Origin: a virus
Virus record (IMG/VR): IMGVR_UViG_3300034135_000005
Location: 1-40,667 of that record
Length of the DNA stretch: 40,667 nt
Reading direction: 5' to 3' (one strand)
The stretch's first letter is position 1, and the number at the start of each line of letters is the position of its first letter. Below the pieces are notes generated by a model, which did no database searches, had not been told where the DNA came from, and saw only the letters and a list, made by a program, of their open reading frames with translations. Of the stretch, positions 25,935 through 32,253 are shown piece by piece. Position numbers and translations under genes: made by a program.

Positions 25935-26342
25935 CTAGGTGTGGGCGATGCCGTTCCGGCCCGCGCTGTCGCCCTTCGGGTCGAGCCCTACGGTCTCGCC
26001 GGCTTCGCCGCTTCCATCGCTATCGCGGGGTGCGAACATAACCGTGTTCCAAAGCGCGTTGCCGCAGCCCGCGAACCGGTAACTGCTACTCCACCCACCG
26101 ATGACGACGTCGGTAACTGTCAGTTCTTGCCCCGGTTCGAAGCATAGCTTCGCCTCGTTGAGTTCGAAGGCGTAGCCGTTTGCCGCTAGGAAGATGACGG
26201 CCTCGCCCACGCACGCCATACCAAGGGCGCGCGGGTCCATGCGCGAGGGATCGAAACCCGAAGGGCGACGATCCGTAGGAGCGTCGTGCGTAAAAAGAGA
26301 GCCCGGTGCCAACGGCACGCGCCCATCCTGATTATCGCTCAT
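25935..26342 (-). CDS. Hypothetical protein; last ~30 codons are repeat element copy C
   Basis: ATG 26342 (MSDNQDG) with GGAGATGGAAG upstream. No recognisable domain. Confidence 0.65.
   Translation of the reverse strand: MSDNQDGRVPLAPGSLFTHDAPTDRRPSGFDPSRMDPRALGMACVGEAVIFLAANGYAFELNEAKLCFEPGQELTVTDVVIGGWSSSYRFAGCGNALWNTVMFAPRDSDGSGEAGETVGLDPKGDSAGRNGIAHT
25943..26027 (-). repeat. Mini-hairpin repeat element, copy C (module order permuted)
   Basis: Reverse complement reads CGCGATAGCGATGGAAGC GGCGAAGCC.. CCCGAAGGG ..GCGCGGGCCGGAACGGCATCGCCC. Confidence 0.75.
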
Positions 26343-26396
26343 CTTCCATCTCCATAACACTGTCGCGCATCTCAAACTCAATTACAGGGGAGGGGG

Positions 26397-27038
26397 TCAT
26401 GCTGCCTCTAGCTGCGGGCGAGCGGAACGAGCTATGCTCAGCAGCAGGTCGCGGAACGCGGGCGGAGTGCCAATGCGCGGGGAGCTATCCGAGCCGCCGC
26501 CCTTGGACGCCACCTCGCCGCGGCGCTTGGCCCGAGCAATGCCGATCCGGGCGACGACTTCAGGGTCGAGCCTCATTTCGCTCTTGCCCCAAAGCAGCTC
26601 CGGTAGATCAACACCGGACGCATAAAGCCACGTCGGCTTGCGAGCGTGATGCCCGTACCGCCCTTGTTCGACGCAGCACGTCCACCCGCCGAAGAAGTCG
26701 GCCGTGATCCATCCGCCCGCGCGCGGTGGCTTGTTCAGGCCGAAGTGAGCCCACGCGTGCGACTGATCCGGGTGTTCCAGGATGCCGCCGAACTGCCGAA
26801 CCGCGGCGAGTGCGGCAGCGAAACAGCCGTCGTCGTTGCCCTTGACCTTGCGGACACCCGTCAGCTTGATCGAGAGCGGCTGTCCGGCCCAGAGCTTGCC
26901 CCAGCGTTGGCAAGGCGGGTGCGCCACGACCGGATGCGGACCCGCGTAAAGGCGAGCATCGCGCGCTTCGTCCCAAGGATCGACGCCGGGTAAGCCGAAG
27001 TAGCAGCCGCCCGATTCGACGTAGAGCGCAGCGACCAT
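26397..27038 (-). CDS. Compact C5-cytosine-methyltransferase-like protein (213 aa; alternative start 27107)
   Basis: LYVESGGCYFG (motif I-like), HPPCQRW (motif IV PCQ), GGILEHP (ENV-like), QGRYGHHARKPTWLY (motif VIII-like), GTPPAF (motif X-like). No room for a normal target-recognition domain. Confidence 0.55.
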   Translation of the reverse strand: MVAALYVESGGCYFGLPGVDPWDEARDARLYAGPHPVVAHPPCQRWGKLWAGQPLSIKLTGVRKVKGNDDGCFAAALAAVRQFGGILEHPDQSHAWAHFGLNKPPRAGGWITADFFGGWTCCVEQGRYGHHARKPTWLYASGVDLPELLWGKSEMRLDPEVVARIGIARAKRRGEVASKGGGSDSSPRIGTPPAFRDLLLSIARSARPQLEAA

Positions 27039-27065
27039 GCGGGACGAGAACGCCGCGCGAACATC

Positions 27066-27082
27066 GTTCGGGACTATTCCGG
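27066..27082 (+). repeat. attP arm-type repeat (P arm)
   Basis: GTTCGGGACTATTCCGG, identical to 27289-27305. A third partial copy CGGGACT lies at 27080-27086. Confidence 0.65.
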
Positions 27083-27183
27083 GACTCGCCGCGCCGGTTC
27101 CTGCCATGTTCCGCCGCGCATCGCCGCTCGCGATGGTATCGCTTGCGCTTCGGCAGCGGGTTCCCCTAAGGGCGAGCGGGCGT

Positions 27184-27227
27184 CGGGGAGTGGCGCAGTC
27201 CGGTAGCGCGCCTGCTTTGGGAGCCGG
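27184..27227 (+). other. attP core: 5' half of tRNA-Pro(UGG), not a complete tRNA
   Basis: CGGGGAG-TG-GCGC-AGTCCGGTA-GCGC-G-CCTGC-TTTGGGA-GC.. covers the acceptor 5' strand, D arm and anticodon arm (anticodon TGG at 27218-27220). No T arm or CTCCCCG 3' strand follows. Confidence 0.75.
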
Positions 27228-27241
27228 TTGCATACTCACTC

Positions 27242-28333
27242 CTAACGCCTTGCTCTAGAACGGGAAACAGCATCCGCGCTGCTGGTCGGTTCGGGACTAT
27301 TCCGGTGATTGCCTGCAACCAGCGCGGCGCGCACGTCATCCTCGAGCGCATGGGCGTACCGAGCAGTCGTCTTCAGGTCGGTGTGGTTGAGAAGCTTCTG
27401 GACGGCGCGAAGATTGCCGCTGCCGCGCAGGGTGCGCGTCGCGCGCGTGTGACGCAGATCGTGGAAGCGGAACGCCTCTATCCCCGCGACCTCAAGCGCG
27501 CGCATCCAGTGCCGCCGCCAACCGTCACGGCTGAACGGATACCGCTCCCCCTTCAGCCGCCGCGCTTGGCCGGCTTTGGCGGGGGCGGGGCGGAGACAGA
27601 CGTAGGTGAATACCTGCGGGCAAACCTTGGGCTGGTTGGCGATCAGCGCCACAGCGTCCGGCAGGAGCGGGATGGTGTGCTTCCCGCCACCCTTGACGCT
27701 TAGCGTCGCGCGGCCGGCTCCGAGATCCACGTCGGCCCAGCGCAGCAAACGGACTTCGCTAAGCCGCTGCCCGGTCATCAGGGCGAACGACACCAGCGGG
27801 AGAAGATTGTCGGGCAGGGCGTCGAAGAGCCGCGACTCTTCAGCCTCAGACAGCTCACGGACGTGTTCCGGCTTCTCCGGCAGGAAGAGCGACTTCCACT
27901 CGATTGGCGCAACGTCGAAGTCACGGGCGGCAATGTAGCGCCACACAGTGCGGGCAACCTGCACCTCCCGGTTCACGCTGGCGTTCGCGCGCCCATTGCG
28001 GCGCCGCGCCACATGCCGATCGAAGTCGCGCAAGGTTACGTCGCCAAGCAGCACGTTCTTGCCGAGCCCCTTGATGAGAGCGGCGAGCTGATAGTCGAGG
28101 GTGCCGGCGTCGCGGCGATACTGCCCGCGCTCGGTCCACCACGTTCCGCACGCGTCGTTGACGGTGATCGCTGGCTTCGTGTCATCGCCTAGTGCGACCT
28201 TCCGCCGCTCTTCAGCTTCGAAGCGCTGTGCGTCGCGCTTCGACGTGCAGCTCGTGCTTCCATGAAACCGACGACCTTTGAACTGGAAGTCGTACTGGAA
28301 GAACGGGCTTTTGGCGTGCTTGTAGACGGACAT
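27242..28333 (-). CDS. int: Tyrosine integrase
   Basis: MSVYKHAKSPFFQYDF..; catalytic region HDLRHTRATR..LLNHTDLKTTARYAH. Adjacent to attP. Confidence 0.95.
   Translation of the reverse strand: MSVYKHAKSPFFQYDFQFKGRRFHGSTSCTSKRDAQRFEAEERRKVALGDDTKPAITVNDACGTWWTERGQYRRDAGTLDYQLAALIKGLGKNVLLGDVTLRDFDRHVARRRNGRANASVNREVQVARTVWRYIAARDFDVAPIEWKSLFLPEKPEHVRELSEAEESRLFDALPDNLLPLVSFALMTGQRLSEVRLLRWADVDLGAGRATLSVKGGGKHTIPLLPDAVALIANQPKVCPQVFTYVCLRPAPAKAGQARRLKGERYPFSRDGWRRHWMRALEVAGIEAFRFHDLRHTRATRTLRGSGNLRAVQKLLNHTDLKTTARYAHALEDDVRAALVAGNHRNSPEPTSSADAVSRSRARR
27289..27305 (+). repeat. attP arm-type repeat (P' arm, inside the 3' end of int)
   Basis: GTTCGGGACTATTCCGG, identical to 27066-27082. Confidence 0.65.
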
Positions 28334-28518
28334 GGTGGGTTGTCCTGGCGGAGACGATCATAGACGTAGGCGTCACAGTCGTCGGGGCGGTACGCGACAA
28401 TTCGGGCGGTGAGCGCGACGTAGCGGATTAGGCCATGCCGCTTCAGGTCGCGCAAGGTTCGCTCGGAGACGTGGAGGCGGGCCGCGGCCTGTGCCGGCGT
28501 GAGCAGATGGTCACCCAT
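28189..28518 (-). CDS. xis: Excisionase-type (MerR/AlpA-like) HTH protein
   Basis: RBS GAGGTGGGGG. LLTPAQAAARLHVSERTLRDLKRHGLIRYV. The ORF runs 145 nt into int in another frame, giving an S/T-rich tail. Confidence 0.7.
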   Translation of the reverse strand: MGDHLLTPAQAAARLHVSERTLRDLKRHGLIRYVALTARIVAYRPDDCDAYVYDRLRQDNPPCPSTSTPKARSSSTTSSSKVVGFMEARAARRSATHSASKLKSGGRSH

Positions 28519-28858
28519 CCCCCACCTCGCTAGAACAGTCAGAGAGGGTGGCGAGGATAGCGTCGGCCAGGGTGTGAGCCCGCTCGACCCACGGGCTTTC
28601 CTCGCGAACGCCGTCCGCCCACTTTTCAGGTCCTTGGGCGTTGAAGTCGGCGGCTTCGGCAATCTCCGCGTGCGCCAGACGGGCAATCGTTTCCCGCAGC
28701 CTCTCGTTCTCGGAGCGCCGCTTCGCCAGTTCATCGGCGCGCTGTTGGTCGAAGGCGAGCATGGCTAGCACGATGCCCTGCTTCTCGCTTTCGGCGAATG
28801 GCCCGCCGGGTAGAACCCGCGCCAGCACCTCCCGCGCCATCTGTTCACGGTCAGACAT
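28511..28858 (-). CDS. Hypothetical protein
   Basis: ATG 28858 (MSDREQ) overlaps the upstream stop. Coupled to xis by an ATGGGTGA overlap. Confidence 0.6.
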   Translation of the reverse strand: MSDREQMAREVLARVLPGGPFAESEKQGIVLAMLAFDQQRADELAKRRSENERLRETIARLAHAEIAEAADFNAQGPEKWADGVREESPWVERAHTLADAILATLSDCSSEVGDG

Positions 28859-29357
28859 GATCGGGTCCAAGTGCGGTGCGGGCGCGAATGGCGGCGGCAA
28901 TGTCGTTGCAGGCATCGACGTAAGCGTCCTTGGGCGAGAATACGTCGTGGAAGTCCTTGCTTTGCGTGTCGCGCTCATCCTCTGCGATCAGGGCGCACGC
29001 CTCACGCTCGGAATCGGCTGCTGCGTTGCGGTGGGCGGCAGCGCGCGCCATGATATGCCGGTGCATGTATTCAGGGATCGACGCCCATGTGTCCTCGTCG
29101 AGCCAGTCGCGGTCGGATTGCTGGGCGCGGCCGATCCAGTGGCGTGCGCCATTGCTATCGGGGCGAGAAATGATCCCCTCCGCTTCCATACGCTCAATGT
29201 ATCGGCAGGCCTGATTGTAGCCGACGCCCATCTTGCGCTGAAGGTGGGACGTGGAGCCGCTACGACCGATCTCTGCGATGCTGACGGCCTTGGCATACCG
29301 CACCATTGCCCAGTCGTGCTTGTCCCGCTGTTCTACAGTCAGTGTATTGTTGGTCAT
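28851..29357 (-). CDS. FtsK-gamma (KOPS-binding winged-helix) domain protein
   Basis: YAKAVSIAEIGRSGSTSHLQRKMGVGYNQACRYIERMEAEGIISRPDSNGARHW matches the FtsK gamma signature (StS.lQR...iGYnrAarlie.mE..Giv). Confidence 0.75.
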   Translation of the reverse strand: MTNNTLTVEQRDKHDWAMVRYAKAVSIAEIGRSGSTSHLQRKMGVGYNQACRYIERMEAEGIISRPDSNGARHWIGRAQQSDRDWLDEDTWASIPEYMHRHIMARAAAHRNAAADSEREACALIAEDERDTQSKDFHDVFSPKDAYVDACNDIAAAIRARTALGPDHV

Positions 29358-29947
29358 TGGCTGGACCCGGAATTAGAGGGGGCGATGCCTTCGGCCCGCG
29401 CCGTCGTGAACGAAGCCGCATTCGCGTCTTCGCCCTTCGGGTGCTCATCGCTATCGCGAAGCATACGGTGCAGCTTGATCTGAAGGACTTTGGCTTCGGC
29501 CAAGTCTTCAGGAATGTCGCGGATGGGAATGCCAACCGCTTCATTCAAAAGGCGCTTGGCGTGATAAAGCAGTTCGCGCTCAGGGTTATCGCGACGCCAT
29601 CTCTGGATACGCGCGTAGATCGCGGCATAATGCTTGGAGCGGTAGCCCTTGCGGCGCGCATTAATCACCGCCTTGTTCGCTATGTAGCGATCCTTCGCTC
29701 GCGCGCTTATCTGTTCGGCGTTGTTCTGACGATATGCACGGGCAGCAGCGACGCGCGAATCCTTGTGCTTGGCGTAGTCGGCGCGAATGCGGGCGCGCGC
29801 CTCATCTGGCGCAGCATCGTAAGCCGCTTTTTTGGCAGCCAACCTAGCTGCCCTGTGCCGGGCGTAAGCAGCCCTTTGCCGTGCTTTGTTGCGCTCGGCG
29901 TTCTTGTGCCAATTCGCACGGCGAGCTTCCGGGTCGCGATAGGGCAT
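29354..29947 (-). CDS. Basic repeat protein related to the N-terminal half of the 12917 HNH but lacking an HNH core; ends in repeat element copy B
   Basis: Repeats ARAYRQNNAEQ, IQRWRRDNPERE, RRANWHKNAERN. No HNH motif. C-terminus RDSDEHPKGEDANAASFTTARAEGIAPSNSGSSQ. Confidence 0.7.
   Translation of the reverse strand: MPYRDPEARRANWHKNAERNKARQRAAYARHRAARLAAKKAAYDAAPDEARARIRADYAKHKDSRVAAARAYRQNNAEQISARAKDRYIANKAVINARRKGYRSKHYAAIYARIQRWRRDNPERELLYHAKRLLNEAVGIPIRDIPEDLAEAKVLQIKLHRMLRDSDEHPKGEDANAASFTTARAEGIAPSNSGSSQ
29380..29458 (-). repeat. Mini-hairpin repeat element, copy B
   Basis: Reverse complement reads CGCGATAGCGATGAGCACCCGAAGGGCGAAGACGCGAATGCGG..ACGACGGCGCGGGCCGAAGGCATCGCCC. Confidence 0.8.
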
Positions 29948-29950
29948 GTC

Positions 29951-30298
29951 CTAAGCCTTGACCTTGCAATGGGGGGACTTGCACCCGAGAGCGTCAGCCT
30001 CAGTGACGCGCTCGTCGCACTGATCGCACCAGATCAGGCCATCCGCGTCGGGGGCGGGAAGCGCATTGCGGGGGTCGTCTGCCGCACCGATGAGCATAGC
30101 GCCAGCAATAGGCTGGTCCTTACCCATTTGCGCCAAGCGCAAAGCGGTATTCACCTCAACCGCCAGAGAATTGTTGATCTGCGCCGCCACCTTTGAGATC
30201 GCGTTAGCCTGGTCGGCCTCAATGTTGCCGCGCCGGATGTCTTGCATGACCTCCGCAAGAAAGCCGCGCAGATCGCCAGCGGTCTTGATCCGCGTCAC
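29951..30298 (-). CDS. Hypothetical protein with C-terminal Cys cluster
   Basis: GTGA-coupled start. CDQCDERV..CKSPHC motif. Confidence 0.6.
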   Translation of the reverse strand: MTRIKTAGDLRGFLAEVMQDIRRGNIEADQANAISKVAAQINNSLAVEVNTALRLAQMGKDQPIAGAMLIGAADDPRNALPAPDADGLIWCDQCDERVTEADALGCKSPHCKVKA

Positions 30299-30504
30299 GA
30301 CGCGTTCTCCTGCGAAAGTCGATTGAAGCCCGAAGGGTGAAGACCGGAACGGGCTTCATCGCGAAGCGACGAAAGCGCGGTGCCGAAGGCATTCGCCATG
30401 ACTTCGGATCGCCACAAAGGATCAACCCTATCCCTCCTCATCCTCTCCACGAGGACTCGAGCGACATGCTCATCATTGGCAATGGTTCTGATGGTAGCCA
30501 TCAT
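30295..30504 (-). CDS. Small hypothetical protein (69 aa)
   Basis: ATG 30504 with AAGGA upstream. Confidence 0.5.
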   Translation of the reverse strand: MMATIRTIANDEHVARVLVERMRRDRVDPLWRSEVMANAFGTALSSLRDEARSGLHPSGFNRLSQENAS

Positions 30505-30520
30505 GCTCAAATCCTTTAGT

Positions 30521-30576
30521 GGAGCGGGTAGAAGAGGGAGGGCTCCCACCCGCTCCGGTGGCCCGGTCGTGCCGGG
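30521..30576 (-). other. Two adjacent G/C hairpins in an intergenic gap of the early-left operon
   Basis: On the transcript: CCCGG-CACGA-CCGGG, then GGAGCGGGT..(18 nt)..ACCCGCTCC (perfect 9-bp stem). No U-tract follows. Confidence 0.5.
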
Positions 30577-30580
30577 AAGC

Positions 30581-31018
30581 TCATGCGGCCTCGGCTTCGC
30601 GACGAAGGTCCGTCACGTCACACCCGAGGCGGGCTGAAAGCTTGTGGATCGTCCAGTCGATGAATGCGGCGCGATCAGGCTCCGTCATCTTCGCGAAGGA
30701 CACGCTGTCGTAATCGTAGTCGATCACCTCGCCGGTCTTGCGCGACACGATCGGCTTCGCCAGGCCGTACTCGCGCTTGAGCCAACGGTGCAGCGCGCGG
30801 GTTGAGAGCACGCCATCGACGGCATCCGAAAGCTGCTCGGCGGCGACGCGAAGCACGACCCAATAGAGCGCCATGCGCTTCACGTTGCCCGCCGCGCGCT
30901 TGATCTCGACGCGCACCACAGTGCCGTTGCACGCCTTGGCGGCATCTTCGGCAGCGGCTGTAACAGGGCGAAGCGTTCCGAACACCGAACGGAACAGCAG
31001 CGGTTCGCTATCGGCCAT
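30581..31018 (-). CDS. Hypothetical protein (DUF1367-like by recollection)
   Basis: RBS GGGAGG. KRMALYWVVLRVAAEQ and DSVSFAKMTEPDRAAFIDW resemble nin-region DUF1367 proteins. Confidence 0.5.
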   Translation of the reverse strand: MADSEPLLFRSVFGTLRPVTAAAEDAAKACNGTVVRVEIKRAAGNVKRMALYWVVLRVAAEQLSDAVDGVLSTRALHRWLKREYGLAKPIVSRKTGEVIDYDYDSVSFAKMTEPDRAAFIDWTIHKLSARLGCDVTDLRREAEAA

Positions 31019-31385
31019 TTTCAGCCTCCCACTTTCCGCGCCCCGGCCATGCTCGCCAGTATTCCTGAGAGAGCATCAGGCCGCGCGACACGCCGCCAAG
31101 AATGTGCAGGTCAAACCACTTCCAGCCCTTCTGGTGCTGAAGTTGGTGGCAGAGGTCAGATAGTGGGATGCAGTGCCGATCCGACACCTTGGACCCCATC
31201 CCCTTGTCGCCTGCGTAATCGACGTGCGCGGAACGCATCGGCCCGCCGCAATGCGGGTTGCGCCCAGCGCACGCACAAGGGCGCCCGCGAAGCCACTGGC
31301 GGAAAGCGTCGGCAACCTTCCACGCCGGACGCGGCGCGTTCTGGTGGCGGGGCTTGAAAGCAGAGGGGCCTAGCAAGCCGCGCAT
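31008..31385 (-). CDS. DUF968-like putative nuclease (Cys/His-rich)
   Basis: CACAGRNPHCGG..SAHVDYAGDKGMGSKVSDRHCIPLSDLCHQLQHQKGWKWF. Confidence 0.6.
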   Translation of the reverse strand: MRGLLGPSAFKPRHQNAPRPAWKVADAFRQWLRGRPCACAGRNPHCGGPMRSAHVDYAGDKGMGSKVSDRHCIPLSDLCHQLQHQKGWKWFDLHILGGVSRGLMLSQEYWRAWPGRGKWEAENGR

Positions 31386-31588
31386 CAGATCCTCACGAAC
31401 TTGCCGGCGGCGTCGCGGGGTAGCGCAGACGCCACCTCGCCACTCGTCGGTATCTCGTCGAGCGAGGCGCGTTCCGGCTGCCCCCGACGACGGCGCTTGT
31501 AGTTCGTCTTGGCAAGGCGGACGCTAGGGTCCGACCAATAGCGGTCGGCCTTCTGCATTAGCCTGTGCCGGGGCGTCTTGGCGGTCAT
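31385..31588 (-). CDS. Small basic hypothetical protein
   Basis: Start and stop both overlap neighbouring genes (TGATG). Confidence 0.5.
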   Translation of the reverse strand: MTAKTPRHRLMQKADRYWSDPSVRLAKTNYKRRRRGQPERASLDEIPTSGEVASALPRDAAGKFVRI

Positions 31589-32253
31589 CAGCCGGCCCTC
31601 AGCACGTTGGGCGCGGTGTTCTCATTCGCCGGCACGTAAAGGGCGCGCAGCCGATCGCAGGTGCGGTCAACGTCGGCGATGAATGACGTGACCTCACGCT
31701 CAAGCTCGGCGATGCGCTCGGCGTCGCGAGGCACGCGCTGAACGAACAGCCGCAGTTCTTCCGGCATCCGCGGATCGTAGGACACGAAGTCGCACCATGT
31801 CCGACCGGTGCAAGCGAGCTGCCACTGCATCTGGACGTGGTATTTGTCCGCGATGGTGCCGCTCAGCAGCGTTTCGATGTGTGTGGCGGTGTTGGGGCAC
31901 TTGATCTCAAGCAGCCCGTCCGCGCCGATCAGCCCGTCCGGCGAAGCGCCCGACAGGACGACGCTTGGGTGATCGACAAAGCCGACTTCCTCAACGTCCA
32001 CGTCCTTCATGAAGCTATATGCGGCGCGAGCGTCCGGCTCGTGATCCGTGCCCCACTGCATCGCGGCGTTGCTGAAGCTGTCCGCCCGCTGCCCGGTCAG
32101 GCGCTCGCATACCAACTGCGCCGCGTAGTTCGCCCTGGAGGCGCTGTAGCCGCTCTTCGTGCGCGCCACGATGTCAGACACCCGCGAAGCCGTGGCCTTG
32201 CCTAGACGGGCCTGAAACCACGCCTCCGTGCCCTGCTCGACAACGGCACTCAC
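31588..32253 (-). CDS. YqaJ-type (lambda Exo-like) recombination exonuclease
   Basis: GTEAWFQARLGKATASRVSD..WGTDHEPDARAAY..ASPDGLI..LLEIKCP..QMQWQLACTG. Confidence 0.85.
   Translation of the reverse strand: MSAVVEQGTEAWFQARLGKATASRVSDIVARTKSGYSASRANYAAQLVCERLTGQRADSFSNAAMQWGTDHEPDARAAYSFMKDVDVEEVGFVDHPSVVLSGASPDGLIGADGLLEIKCPNTATHIETLLSGTIADKYHVQMQWQLACTGRTWCDFVSYDPRMPEELRLFVQRVPRDAERIAELEREVTSFIADVDRTCDRLRALYVPANENTAPNVLRAG

Noticed and set aside
25421-25938. ORFs 25421-25771 (-) and 25582-25938 (+) in the accessory island gap
   Set aside because: Their translations are Arg/Pro/His-rich, they lack an RBS, and they conflict with the better-supported frames (the HTH frame with its amber codon, and the 60-aa ORF with a strong RBS).
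26397-27239. Long form (280 aa) of the methyltransferase-like ORF
   Set aside because: Its N-terminal 67 codons would run across the attP arm repeat and into the tRNA-like core. GC3 drops in that stretch, and motif I sits right after Met at 27038.
27184-27260. Possible complete tRNA-Pro gene
   Set aside because: Only the acceptor 5' strand, D arm and anticodon arm are present. No T arm or complementary acceptor 3' strand follows, so it is interpreted as the attP core.
28641-30196. Plus-strand ORFs 28641-29483 and 29306-30196 opposite the early-left operon
   Set aside because: They are antisense shadows of tightly coupled minus-strand genes, including the FtsK-gamma protein. They have no RBS and low-complexity translations.
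30562-30576. Lambda-type nut site (boxB-like 5-bp stem and 5-nt loop, with a nearby CGCTCC..TAAA boxA-like string)
   Set aside because: The loop CACGA is not GNRA-like. The site is about 4.4 kb from the early-left promoter, and no N-like protein is recognisable.
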